Source: Pseudomonadota bacterium
GTDB lineage: Bacteria > Desulfobacterota > Desulfobulbia > Desulfobulbales > SURF-16
DNA: 64,000 bases
Assembly: GCA_018816555.1 (NCBI GenBank)
Contig: JAHIVT010000059.1
Span: 7,309-71,308 of the forward strand
Direction: 5' to 3'
Shown here one piece after another: positions 1 through 9,010 of this stretch; within the stretch, counting starts at the first letter, position 1; every line of letters starts with the position of its first letter. Under the pieces are notes generated by a model. The model did not search any database and was not told where the DNA came from. It saw only the letters and a list, made by a program, of their open reading frames with translations. The position numbers and the translations under genes were made by a program.

Positions 1-290
1 CCCATCTTGACGCCGGCAAAACCTTCGGTATAAGTCATGGCCTCGAGCAGCCAGGCGGCAATCTGCAGGTCCTTGGTCTTTTCCGTGAGTGCCTGCACAC
101 TAAGGGTCAATACCTTTTCCCAGTCCGAGGTCTTGATTTCATGCTGCCAGTCACCCCGGTCAAGCATGTCATCCGCCCTTCTCGCCTCCTGGATCTCGTC
201 ATAAACCGGACTGTAACGAAGATATTCGCCGGCAGGATTATCGCCGGTCAGAGGCGTCAGTATCGCTTCAATATCAATGTTTCTCTTCAT
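1..290 (-). CDS. tssA: Type VI secretion protein TssA (ImpA N-terminal domain). Only the 5' part is present; the gene runs off the left edge.
   Basis: Not in the ORF track because it is truncated. The reverse complement of 1-290 reads MKRNIDIEAILTPLTGDNPAGEYLRYSPVYDEIQEARRADDMLDRGDWQHEIKTSDWEKVLTLSVQALTEKTKDLQIAAWLLEAMTYTEGFAGVKM. This fits the ImpA_N pattern (P-x-G-x-x-L-R-Y, Y-D-x-I-x-x-A-R, DL-x-x-A-x-W-L). The ATG at 290-288 overlaps the end of impE. Confidence 0.65.
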   Translation of the reverse strand, partial: MKRNIDIEAILTPLTGDNPAGEYLRYSPVYDEIQEARRADDMLDRGDWQHEIKTSDWEKVLTLSVQALTEKTKDLQIAAWLLEAMTYTEGFAGVKM

Positions 291-1095
291 CGTCAGTTTT
301 CATTTGGGGAAAGTTGAAGGTGACATCAGTAATCTCCAGAATGGTCATATCCTGTCCATCCACATCAAAAACGTGCTGCCCAATCCCGCGGGCCAGAGAG
401 CCGCCCAGAGAAATCCAGTCGGTCATCCGCCCCAGTCTGATCCGCCCATCCTCCTGGATAAAGGATCCGGGGTACAATACCGGCAGAAAGCAGTTCATGG
501 CATATCCCTCCCAGGTGGTGACATGGGCCGAAACCCAGAGCAGGTCAAGCAGGGTTTTGGGTGGGGTTATGGAGAGCTCCCGCAGGGATTCAAAGGGCAC
601 CCACAGATAGCGTTCATGGGCCATCACTTCAAGAAACGGCGCAAGCAGGGTATCGGAGTCGCGGAAACCGGCAAAGGGACTGCCGTTGGCCACACCCGAG
701 ATGGCAGGTATCTGCCCGGCAAGCTGTTTACACAGCTCTTCCGCCTCATCCACTTTTTTTTCAGCCAGTTTCGCCCGGGCCTCTGCATAAAGGCCAAGAT
801 AGGCCGGCGGTTCGGTCAGAAAGGAGGCGCAGCCGCCCTCTTCCATGACAACAAGCCGTTCCTTTTCCGCCCGGATCAGGTTCCGGTAGCCGATAACACC
901 GGCCTCCCGGCTGGGGTCCTGGGTGGCTATGGCCTCCAGATGGCGGTCCGCCTTATCCCACTCCCCGCAAAAGCAGAGCACCTGAAACAGCAAAGTGCGG
1001 GCCGCCAAATCCCCCGGCTTATCCCGCACCACGGCGACGAGCTGCTGCCTGGCCTCGGTGAGTTTTCCGGATTTGATCAGTTCTTTTATGTTCAC
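274..1095 (-). CDS. tagJ: T6SS accessory protein, ImpE/SciE (TagJ) family
   Basis: 273 aa. The N-terminal TPR-like segment LTEARQQLVAVVRDKPGDLAARTLLFQVLCFCGEWDKADRHLEAIATQDP is typical of ImpE. It sits between tagF and tssA. Confidence 0.65.
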   Translation of the reverse strand: MNIKELIKSGKLTEARQQLVAVVRDKPGDLAARTLLFQVLCFCGEWDKADRHLEAIATQDPSREAGVIGYRNLIRAEKERLVVMEEGGCASFLTEPPAYLGLYAEARAKLAEKKVDEAEELCKQLAGQIPAISGVANGSPFAGFRDSDTLLAPFLEVMAHERYLWVPFESLRELSITPPKTLLDLLWVSAHVTTWEGYAMNCFLPVLYPGSFIQEDGRIRLGRMTDWISLGGSLARGIGQHVFDVDGQDMTILEITDVTFNFPQMKTDDEEKH

Positions 1096-1313
1096 AAGAG
1101 AGGTATCCTTATTGCTTCAACTTTCTGACTTGGTCTATTTTACCGAAATAGCGGCTTTATATGACATTGTTACCGCCATGCTTTACGTCATTGGAATTCA
1201 GGAGACAGGAGATAGAATTGGCAATAGGTGATTTTATTACGTTAAATTTTTACTCCTGACTTCTGTATTCTTTACTTGTATCACCTGCAAATCTCCCATT
1301 TCAAACAAAAAGA

Positions 1314-2054
1314 TCATATATCCGTCAGAGGCTGCCACATCCGGGCAAAATCACCGATATTCAACGGTCGGGTAAAAAGGGCAAATCCAGGCTGCTCAAG
1401 GGGTCCGCCGACAAATAAGGTGTTGGGCACCACGCTGATTTTTTCTTTCAGCACCCGGTGCAGATGGATGATCAGGGCAAAGGGATCGCCATGATTCGCG
1501 CAATGCAGGGGCAAAAACAGGGCATCCTGATCACCGGTCACAGCCACAGGCAGGTCGTCTGGCAACAATCCCTCTACCAGCTCAACGCTTTGCCGCTGCA
1601 GATCCTGCCAGCGGGCCTGGGGCGGACGGAGCATGAGCAGATCCTCCTTGAGCCGGTCAAGCCCCTGGTAATTCTTGGTGGCCATCTGTTCCATCCGGTT
1701 CCACAGCCCTTCACAGGCCAGGGGCAGCAGCTCCCAGTTCTCCTCCCAGCTGTCCAGCAGTCCCGCCCCCATGACCAGCAGCGGATAGGGCCGGCCCATG
1801 AAATCACAGCTGTTGCGCATCACTCCGCAAACCAGGTTTTGCCGGCTGCCTGTTTTGGCCCAGAACCGCCACGAACAGTTGGCAACGAGCATCTCGCGGC
1901 CGGCACTACTCTGTTCGGTCCCGAGGCGTATCCACTGGGCAAAGGCCTCTGCCATGGGATTTCTATCGCCGATGGCAAAAAAATCCTTGGCCACCGGATG
2001 CTTGCCGGAAAGATGCCATTGCCAGCTGCCGGCGGATCTACCTAATCCCAGCAT
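1314..2054 (-). CDS. tagF: T6SS-associated protein TagF (DUF2094/ImpM)
   Basis: 246 aa. Motifs SGKHPVAKDFF, WRFW and SCDFMGRPYPLLV match the TagF pattern G-K-L-P-x-x-x-D-F, W-R-F, S-x-D-x-x-G-R-x-Y-P-L. It overlaps the tssM stop by 13 nt. Confidence 0.65.
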   Translation of the reverse strand: MLGLGRSAGSWQWHLSGKHPVAKDFFAIGDRNPMAEAFAQWIRLGTEQSSAGREMLVANCSWRFWAKTGSRQNLVCGVMRNSCDFMGRPYPLLVMGAGLLDSWEENWELLPLACEGLWNRMEQMATKNYQGLDRLKEDLLMLRPPQARWQDLQRQSVELVEGLLPDDLPVAVTGDQDALFLPLHCANHGDPFALIIHLHRVLKEKISVVPNTLFVGGPLEQPGFALFTRPLNIGDFARMWQPLTDI

Positions 2055-5000
2055 TGCACCACTCGTGTCGGCACCTGGCCGGGAGAGGCCTGCTGCAGCT
2101 GGAGAATGGGCCCGTTGCCGGCAAACTGATAGTTAACCTTGATATATTTTATGCCCAGACGCCCCAGCTCCTCTTTCTGCTCGGGAAAGTCCCCTGGATA
2201 AAAGGACTTCTGGCCGGTTTTAAAGTCCTCGAGAAAGCTGACAAAGGCCCGGCTGCCCTTGTAAATCTTGGTAAGCACCAGATTGCTCACCTCAATTTCA
2301 AAGACAACGTCCCCGCATGTTTCCGGCGCCCACTGGAAGCTTTTCATCACTGGAAACTGGAAGTTGTCCAGTTTGACGCTGCCACTGGCGCATTGCAGCT
2401 CGACATGGGTTGCGTGGGGTTTGATCAGGGCATCCTGGTTGGAATCGGTGGGCAGGCCCTTGATGGACACAGCATAACTGGCCTGGACCGTTCTCTTGGC
2501 CGTCACCCCCTTGGTGAGAAAGGTAAAGAAGCCCGGATCAAAGGCAAGCTGGCCATCCAGAGCCCGTACCGCGTAATACCCTTTACTGGGATTTCTGCTG
2601 ATAAAGGGCGCGGCCGGTCCTTTGACGAATTTCATGGCAAAGCCGTCCTCGTCAAGCAGCAGCTGCATCACCTTCTGCTGATCGCTGACGCCCTCAACCT
2701 CCACCAGCACATCCTTTTCCCAGCGATCCTGCAGATAACAGGCAGCCTCGGCCCGTTCAAAATCCCACAAAAAGTCAACTGAACCATTGATCAACGCCCA
2801 GAAGACCTCTTCATCCTTTTTGCCGGAAGTCATATAGGTTTTCATCCTGGCAATCGCCTGCCGGGCGGTGGCAATGGGATTTTTTTCATCCTTGAACACC
2901 GCTGCCGCCGTATCATAAGCGGCCTTGCGCGGCGAAAGCGTTGGCATGGCATCCTGCAGGGAGTTCTGGTAGTCCTTGAGCGCCCTGGCGGCCTGCAGCT
3001 GGTTTTCAAGATTCTCCACCCGGCCACCGCTGTCAAGCTTTTGTCCCACCTTATCGATCAGGTTCATGGACTTTTCCTCGGCCTTGGCCAGCAGACCTCC
3101 GCCTCCTTCTGACTTGCCCATCACCTCGGCCTGGGCGCGCAGATTGCGGTAGGAGCTTGTCAGTGCAACCCAGGCAGGTACAGTCTTGCCTTCCTCGGCC
3201 ACTGCCGTGCACTCATCGGCCATCTTATCAAGCAGGGTTAAATAGGGACCCGACAGGGAGGTAATCTTCTGGGCCATGGGCAGCCATTCCTGGTAACCGG
3301 CCAGCCGTTTTGCCCCCTGGCTGAAGCCGTCGGCAAAACTGCGCCACTCATCAAGATAACTCTGGCGGTACCTGTCGGCAAATTCAAGTTTCTGGCGGGC
3401 GATCTGGGCCGGGCCGGGCTCCGGCAGCGCGGCCTCGATCTCCTGCAGAAAGGCGTCAATCATGGCCTTACCCTTGCGACTGAAAGCCGGGGCAACCCTG
3501 GCACCATCCTCCACATTCCTGCTGCCACCCCAGAAGTCGGCCAGTGACACCTGGGCAAGATTCTCCTGTTCGTTGGCCCAGGGAATCAGCCAGTCAAGCC
3601 TCCCTCCCTTGGAGGCCAGGCAGAATTTCAGCCAGTTCTGCAGCTCGGTGAGCTCCAGGTTGACCTGGCTGTCATCCGGATTCCAATACAGATAATGGAG
3701 ATAGATGCTGCCCATCTTCTTTCTGACTTCCGGGATCAGCTCTTTCTGCTCCTGGGAGAGCAGGATGAGAAAAGGCACCTGGGGCATATTAGACAGGGCC
3801 TCAAGATCATTGGTCTGCAGCCGCTTTTTCAGAAGATTGATGCGGCGGACCAGATGGCTGATATGGCGGTTGAGCAACTGATCAGGGGTGGAAAGGTTGA
3901 AGCCCGCCATCCTGTCCGCCATCCTCTTGTCCAGCGGCAGGAGAAAGGTCTTTCTGAACTGCTGGCTGAATTTTTCCTTCAGCTGCCGTTCCACGTCAAT
4001 GCTGTGGGTTAGGCCGAAGCGCGGCATCCACCAGTTTTTGTTCCGCTGCTCGATGCGCAGAATGGCCTGCTGGTACTGATCAAGACTGACCACATCCATC
4101 AGCAGATCCCCCTGCATCACCGGTCCGGACTGCTGCAGGAATTCCTTGGGCACCTCCCGCATGGTCTGCAGGTTCTTGACAAAGGAAAAGCTCATCAACC
4201 CGCACAGAGCGATGATCAATGCCACCCAGGAGGTGAGCCCCAGATTGCGACTCAGCCGCTGCCACTCCAGGGAACGGGTGGTGGGGGCAAAAATGCCCCG
4301 GTCCATGGGCAGTATCCTGGCAAAGAAATCATGGAGAAAAAGCCCTTTGTTGGTGCCGGGCAGCACTTCCTTTTCACCAAGCAACCCCAGCTTCTGGAGA
4401 AAATGGGAGTATGGGGTGCCTTCCTGCCTGCCGCTGGTGAAGAAAAGCCCTCTGAGGATCGGTGTTTCCTGATAGGGATTTTCCTGGAAGGCCTTGGCCA
4501 TAAAGTTGTGCAGACCACTGCGTAATCTCGCGAATTCGCTCGGGAAAAGAATGAGGGCCGGGTCCACCTTTTTTGACTTGGTGTCATGGAGCACCCGCAG
4601 AAGAAGATTGCCGACCCGTTCACTGACCGTATCCACCGCATTGGCCCAGAAGGCCGGGGTCACCTTCATATGCTGGGGATTGACCACACCCATGGCCTGA
4701 TCGACCACCTTTTCCGGCAGCTTGTCGCAGAAATGGGTCATACCCTTGATCAGGTCACATTTGGTGACCATGACGTAGACCGGGAATTTGCTGCCGATGG
4801 CCAGCATGATCTCATCAATGCGCGAGCGAATCTGCAGCCCTTCGCGTTCAAGCTCCTCCTGACTTGCCTCCAGCAGCTTATTGGCGGAGACGGTGACGAT
4901 CAGGCCATTGAGGGGTTCTTTTTTCCTGAACTTGGCCAGCAGGCCCAGAAAACTGTGCCACTCGTCCTTGTCACGGCTCTCATGTACCGGGATGGCATAA

Positions 5001-5530
5001 CGGCCGGCGGTATCGAGAATGATTGCCTGCTCAAAGAACCACCAGTCGCAGTTCCTTGTGCCCGAGATGCCCGACACCTGGGCTGCCGAGGCAAAAGGTG
5101 AAGAGAGCCGGGCGCTTTTGATGGCAGTGGTTTTGCCGGAACCGCTTTCACCGATCACCAGATACCAGGGCAGGACATAGAGGGGATTGCCGAATTTGCG
5201 CAAATGGGAGCTTTTCAGGGTGTCGATGGCCTCCTTCCAGCGGGCCTGGAGGAGTTGTGCCTCATCCCTTTCCTGGGCCGCCATGGCCTTCAGCTTCAGA
5301 TCATCCTGGGAGATGATCTGGTCAACGAACTTCTGGTCCCCGCGTCGTCGCAGAATTTTGCGCACCAGGATAACGCCGATGGCCGCGCCGAACAGCAACA
5401 GGAGGAAAAAGAAGCCGGTCCACCAGGGCCAGTCAAGGATGAGGACCAGCCCTGCCACCAGTAGAATGACCAGGGCAAGGGCCGTGATAACCAGGAGGGA
5501 TTTTATCAGTATTCGCCAGAATTGTTTCAT
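2042..5530 (-). CDS. tssM: T6SS membrane complex protein TssM (IcmF)
   Basis: 1162 aa. Two N-terminal TM helices are followed by the Walker A motif GESGSGKTTAIKS. The size and its position after tssL are typical of IcmF. Confidence 0.9.
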   Translation of the reverse strand: MKQFWRILIKSLLVITALALVILLVAGLVLILDWPWWTGFFFLLLLFGAAIGVILVRKILRRRGDQKFVDQIISQDDLKLKAMAAQERDEAQLLQARWKEAIDTLKSSHLRKFGNPLYVLPWYLVIGESGSGKTTAIKSARLSSPFASAAQVSGISGTRNCDWWFFEQAIILDTAGRYAIPVHESRDKDEWHSFLGLLAKFRKKEPLNGLIVTVSANKLLEASQEELEREGLQIRSRIDEIMLAIGSKFPVYVMVTKCDLIKGMTHFCDKLPEKVVDQAMGVVNPQHMKVTPAFWANAVDTVSERVGNLLLRVLHDTKSKKVDPALILFPSEFARLRSGLHNFMAKAFQENPYQETPILRGLFFTSGRQEGTPYSHFLQKLGLLGEKEVLPGTNKGLFLHDFFARILPMDRGIFAPTTRSLEWQRLSRNLGLTSWVALIIALCGLMSFSFVKNLQTMREVPKEFLQQSGPVMQGDLLMDVVSLDQYQQAILRIEQRNKNWWMPRFGLTHSIDVERQLKEKFSQQFRKTFLLPLDKRMADRMAGFNLSTPDQLLNRHISHLVRRINLLKKRLQTNDLEALSNMPQVPFLILLSQEQKELIPEVRKKMGSIYLHYLYWNPDDSQVNLELTELQNWLKFCLASKGGRLDWLIPWANEQENLAQVSLADFWGGSRNVEDGARVAPAFSRKGKAMIDAFLQEIEAALPEPGPAQIARQKLEFADRYRQSYLDEWRSFADGFSQGAKRLAGYQEWLPMAQKITSLSGPYLTLLDKMADECTAVAEEGKTVPAWVALTSSYRNLRAQAEVMGKSEGGGGLLAKAEEKSMNLIDKVGQKLDSGGRVENLENQLQAARALKDYQNSLQDAMPTLSPRKAAYDTAAAVFKDEKNPIATARQAIARMKTYMTSGKKDEEVFWALINGSVDFLWDFERAEAACYLQDRWEKDVLVEVEGVSDQQKVMQLLLDEDGFAMKFVKGPAAPFISRNPSKGYYAVRALDGQLAFDPGFFTFLTKGVTAKRTVQASYAVSIKGLPTDSNQDALIKPHATHVELQCASGSVKLDNFQFPVMKSFQWAPETCGDVVFEIEVSNLVLTKIYKGSRAFVSFLEDFKTGQKSFYPGDFPEQKEELGRLGIKYIKVNYQFAGNGPILQLQQASPGQVPTRVVQCWD

Positions 5531-6213
5531 CAGGACACCGCTTTCAGGAAGTTCTCGCCGATATTATTCAAGATGAACGTGTAAATGAAAAAAAGCACAC
5601 CAAACAGCACCACAGGTGCAACAAACACCGCGATGGCCGCCGGGGTGAAAATGCTCTGTTTGGCTGTGGAGGCTGGACCGGCACTTTCCACCGGGTAGGC
5701 CTCGGGGAAAAGCTCGGTCCGGTCAAGGGCAGGCAGGCCAACCGAGCTGCCCAGCAGATATTTGAGATTGGATGTTTTAAGCTGGTCCAGCAGCAGATCG
5801 TCACCATCCTGGTGATATCTGCCCTTGAATCCCATGGCCAGGCAGAGATAGTAAATTTCCCTGGCCCCTCGCTGCTGCTGGTCAAGCCGGTTCAGCCGTT
5901 CAAAAAACTCTTCACCGGCATCGGTGGTCTGGTAATACCTGCGCTGCAGGAGTTCCTTCTGCCATTGGGTCCGCCCCTGCCAGGTTGAATTGAGAATCGA
6001 TTCATCGATCCAGGCACAGATGGCAAAGCGCGCCTCATCGTATTCCTCGCTGGAAATCTGCCCCTGGCGCATCATGGTGTCACTTTCCGACAGCAGCCGC
6101 TGCACATCGGTCTGCACCTGACTGTAGGAGAGACTGTTCTGGATGTCACTTTTTAAAAAATAGGCCACATATGCCACCAGTTCGGCAAAGCAATCCCGTA
6201 AACGCATTGTCAC
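5530..6213 (-). CDS. tssL: T6SS membrane complex protein TssL (DotU/ImpK family), with no OmpA-like extension
   Basis: 227 aa. DotU signatures are ARFAICAWIDESILNSTW, GEEFFERL and YYLCLAMGFKGRY, plus one C-terminal TM helix. It overlaps tssK by 4 nt and abuts tssM. Confidence 0.85.
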   Translation of the reverse strand: MTMRLRDCFAELVAYVAYFLKSDIQNSLSYSQVQTDVQRLLSESDTMMRQGQISSEEYDEARFAICAWIDESILNSTWQGRTQWQKELLQRRYYQTTDAGEEFFERLNRLDQQQRGAREIYYLCLAMGFKGRYHQDGDDLLLDQLKTSNLKYLLGSSVGLPALDRTELFPEAYPVESAGPASTAKQSIFTPAAIAVFVAPVVLFGVLFFIYTFILNNIGENFLKAVS

Positions 6214-7604
6214 GACCTCCCTACGACCATCAGTTCCGCCTTGAAATCATCCGGCGCATTGTCCCAGTATAATGCCAAATTGTTGCCTTTCACCACATTG
6301 CCCCATTGATCGCCGTGATGGTTGATCTGGAAGTAGAGGCAATGCGCCCGCCGGGGCAACTCCTGGGGCGGGATGGCAAGATGTTCCAGCGCAACGCCGG
6401 GAAGCGCCCGGGCTATCAAGAGCGGCAAAGACTCCCGTGAGCCGAGTTTGGCGATGCCCTGCAGGGCGTCGAGCACCTGCTGGGGCTCTTCTTCCGTCTC
6501 CACCACCAGATAATAGCGGTTGCCTTCGGTGAAATGAGCCGGCAACAGATCACCGATGTAATAAGTTCCGTCAAAGACCAGCCTGATGATGTATTCGGGA
6601 CCGGCGGTGATCTCATCAAGCAGCCTGGAAATCAAAGACTGGGCGGCCAGGAAGCATCTGCCCAGGTCATTATGGTTGTAAGCGCCGAGCAGGGCCTGGC
6701 CGTCGTCCAGTTCCCCCAGCACATTGACGGTGCTGGAAAAGGAGGACAGCTCGCCGATCAGCTGGCGCAGCAGTCCGAAAACAGGCCAGGGATGGGTGCA
6801 GGCCGGTTCGGTGAGATGAAACAGCAGCGGCACATACCTGTTCAAGGTGCGCAGGGCCAGCATGAAGACCATGTCCCGGGCACCGAAATCGCTGGTGTGG
6901 ATGCCACGCTGGGCCTTGTACTCATTAAGCTGCCGGCTGCGGCTGCCGATCTGGTCCCGGATGTTTTTGACGGTCTGGAGGAGAACCTCCGAACTCTGTA
7001 TGGTGACCGCAGGTGGGGCAAAGCCCGGAACAAAACGGATCACCTCGCCGTCCCTTTCCAGCTGGGCCAGGGGGAGAAGCAGATAATCGCCCACCATTTC
7101 CTTTTCGCTGTCCCAGAAAAGTTTCAACACCATGTGCAGTTTTTTCACCTCGCCGGGCGGGCCGTTCTCATAGAGGTCGTTGATCTGTTCCGGCTCGGCC
7201 AGGGTCACATAGCGGGTCGACACCTCGCCTATCTTGTCAAGACTTGCCAGCTCCGTCACATTGCTGCCGACCTCATCCAGTTTTTTCAAACCGAGATAAA
7301 CGGTGAAACGCTTGTCCTCCTCAACCCAGGCGTTTTTGAAAGATCGCTTCGCCAGCACGGCATTGCCCGGGAAGACCACATAGGTTCCGTCCTGAAAGAC
7401 GAACTCCCCTTTCAGGATGTCAAAGGAGAAATTGTCCAGCGCCCCCCGGGAGGCCTCCATGGCCGCCACACCCCAGAAGTAGGGATTGAGAAATTTGCGG
7501 AACGGCTGGTGCAGATCCTGGATATACAGGTCATGCTGCTGAAAATGATGGGGCTGGAGAAAAAGCCCCTGGTGCCAAAAAATTGATCGGTTGATATCCA
7601 CCAT
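6210..7604 (-). CDS. tssK: T6SS baseplate protein TssK (ImpJ/VasE)
   Basis: The N-terminus MVDINRSIFWHQGLFLQPHHFQQHD matches the TssK signature W-x-x-G-x-F-L-x-P-Q-H-F-Q-Q. I prefer the ATG at 7604 (SD-like GGAAGGGG upstream) over the track start at 7676. Confidence 0.85.
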   Translation of the reverse strand: MVDINRSIFWHQGLFLQPHHFQQHDLYIQDLHQPFRKFLNPYFWGVAAMEASRGALDNFSFDILKGEFVFQDGTYVVFPGNAVLAKRSFKNAWVEEDKRFTVYLGLKKLDEVGSNVTELASLDKIGEVSTRYVTLAEPEQINDLYENGPPGEVKKLHMVLKLFWDSEKEMVGDYLLLPLAQLERDGEVIRFVPGFAPPAVTIQSSEVLLQTVKNIRDQIGSRSRQLNEYKAQRGIHTSDFGARDMVFMLALRTLNRYVPLLFHLTEPACTHPWPVFGLLRQLIGELSSFSSTVNVLGELDDGQALLGAYNHNDLGRCFLAAQSLISRLLDEITAGPEYIIRLVFDGTYYIGDLLPAHFTEGNRYYLVVETEEEPQQVLDALQGIAKLGSRESLPLLIARALPGVALEHLAIPPQELPRRAHCLYFQINHHGDQWGNVVKGNNLALYWDNAPDDFKAELMVVGRS

Positions 7605-7705
7605 AGTCCCCTTCCATGTATCGGATATTGTAACCCGAAAGCGCGGCATCAGCCGGACATGCGCAAAAACAGGCATGCAGGCTCTGCGCCAGTCAGGCTG
7701 GCTGT

Positions 7706-8260
7706 TTATTGACCGGCAATGCTGGTGATTTTGGTCGGGCCCAATTCAAGATCCACAGTGAGGACGTCCGGTTCCAGCATGCGGAGCGCACCGGGTGTTT
7801 CAGTTGTTTTCTCCACCACGGGAATTTCAAACAGCCGCGTGACATCCTCTTTGCGTACATTGTAGTAACCGGCACCAATGGCCACATACTTGGTGCCCTC
7901 AGCCCGATCCAGGGTATAGGTGACCTTCTGATCAGGCTGGACAATAAAACGTTTGGAGTGGGTGACGCTGGGATCGAACTGGTTACAGGCGAGAAGCTGG
8001 TAGATGCCGTTGATGTCTCCGGTCAACCGGTAAAAGGCGTTGGGATCGCTGAGCTGATAAACACAGAGCAGCAGGGTATGGGGACTGGACTGATAGAGAT
8101 TCAGCTGCGGATCGGAATTGATCTGAATCTTGACCGCATCCTTGCTGTAGGAATACTGCGGTGGCGCAGGCGGTGCCGGGGGTGGCGGCGGCACCTTGGC
8201 GCAGGATGCAAGGAAAAAAAGACACAAAATTCCCCAGGATAGCTTCCAATAATTTTTCAT
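7706..8260 (-). CDS. tssJ: T6SS outer-membrane lipoprotein TssJ (SciN/VasD)
   Basis: 184 aa. It has a signal peptide with the lipobox LASC. The motif SPHTLLLCVYQLSDPNAFYRL resembles the SciN core (P-x-x-V-x-V-Y-Q-L...F). It lies immediately upstream of tssK. Confidence 0.75.
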   Translation of the reverse strand: MKNYWKLSWGILCLFFLASCAKVPPPPPAPPAPPQYSYSKDAVKIQINSDPQLNLYQSSPHTLLLCVYQLSDPNAFYRLTGDINGIYQLLACNQFDPSVTHSKRFIVQPDQKVTYTLDRAEGTKYVAIGAGYYNVRKEDVTRLFEIPVVEKTTETPGALRMLEPDVLTVDLELGPTKITSIAGQ

Positions 8261-9010
8261 TTACTCCCTCTTCTGATAAAGCTTTTGGCAGTTTTTTTCA
8301 AATTCCTTCATAAATGCTTCCAAGAGCAGACCGGATCTGTGCCAGTTCTGCAGGGTCTTATACTTATCCTGGTAGCAGTCAAACTGATGCGCCTTGCGCA
8401 ACGGTCCGAATTTCAGACCATTTTCATTCTCTTCAGCAATTCGTTCAGGATCCAGCTCATTTAAAATTTCGCCGATCTTGGTCTGGGCGGCCTCCTTATA
8501 TGCCCGCAGGGCTATGGCGAAAAACTGACCGATCTGATCAAGATATTTCTCCAGGGAGGCGATCCCTTTCTTTTCATCAATGCTGGAACTGATCACCACC
8601 CGTATGGTTTCCTCGCCGGAGGCGCTGCCCATCAGGGTGGCATTGATGCCGCCGATCAACTTGTTGACCGAATCAAAAACGGTATTTAAGGCGGCGGCCA
8701 GGTGTTTGATCATCTCTTCGGTTGACAGATCTCTCTCCAGTATCTCTTTGCCGAGAAGCATTGTCAACAGGTTGTTGAATGACTCGGAACTCATCTCGGC
8801 AGGGGAAGATGGCGGCGGCACAGGCACCACGGGAACATGACCGAAACCGGCGATGCAGCTTTCCAGAAAGGCCAGCCGCTCGGACGGGCCGTAATCGGCC
8901 AGGGCCTGGTTGAGATGCTCCTCAACCAGGTCTGCGGCATTAACCCTGTCAGCCTGATAGATCCGCCTGATTTCTTCGGCTACCTGCTCCAGTTGAGCGC
9001 TACTTGTCAT
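8261..9010 (-). CDS. Hypothetical protein, family not recognised; co-oriented with and abutting tssJ
   Basis: A 249-aa ORF with no gap to tssJ (8260/8261) and an 11-nt overlap with the upstream 778-aa gene. I recognise no motif in it. Confidence 0.5.
   Translation of the reverse strand: MTSSAQLEQVAEEIRRIYQADRVNAADLVEEHLNQALADYGPSERLAFLESCIAGFGHVPVVPVPPPSSPAEMSSESFNNLLTMLLGKEILERDLSTEEMIKHLAAALNTVFDSVNKLIGGINATLMGSASGEETIRVVISSSIDEKKGIASLEKYLDQIGQFFAIALRAYKEAAQTKIGEILNELDPERIAEENENGLKFGPLRKAHQFDCYQDKYKTLQNWHRSGLLLEAFMKEFEKNCQKLYQKRE

Noticed and set aside
277-1128. A 283-aa plus-strand ORF antisense to impE. Similar long antisense ORFs occur elsewhere, for example 1458-2045, 6534-7586, 22445-23305, 24654-25757, 26526-27314, 27809-28699, 32845-33792, 36158-36949, 54743-55975 and 60781-61716.
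   Set aside because: These are shadow ORFs opposite genes with clear family motifs (ImpE, TagF, TssK, LpxI, LpxD, enolase, PilC, CHAT, STAND, SDH-like, PpsA-like). Their translations are low-complexity and rich in Arg, Gly and Pro, and carry no recognisable motifs, as is typical of the antisense frame of GC-rich genes.
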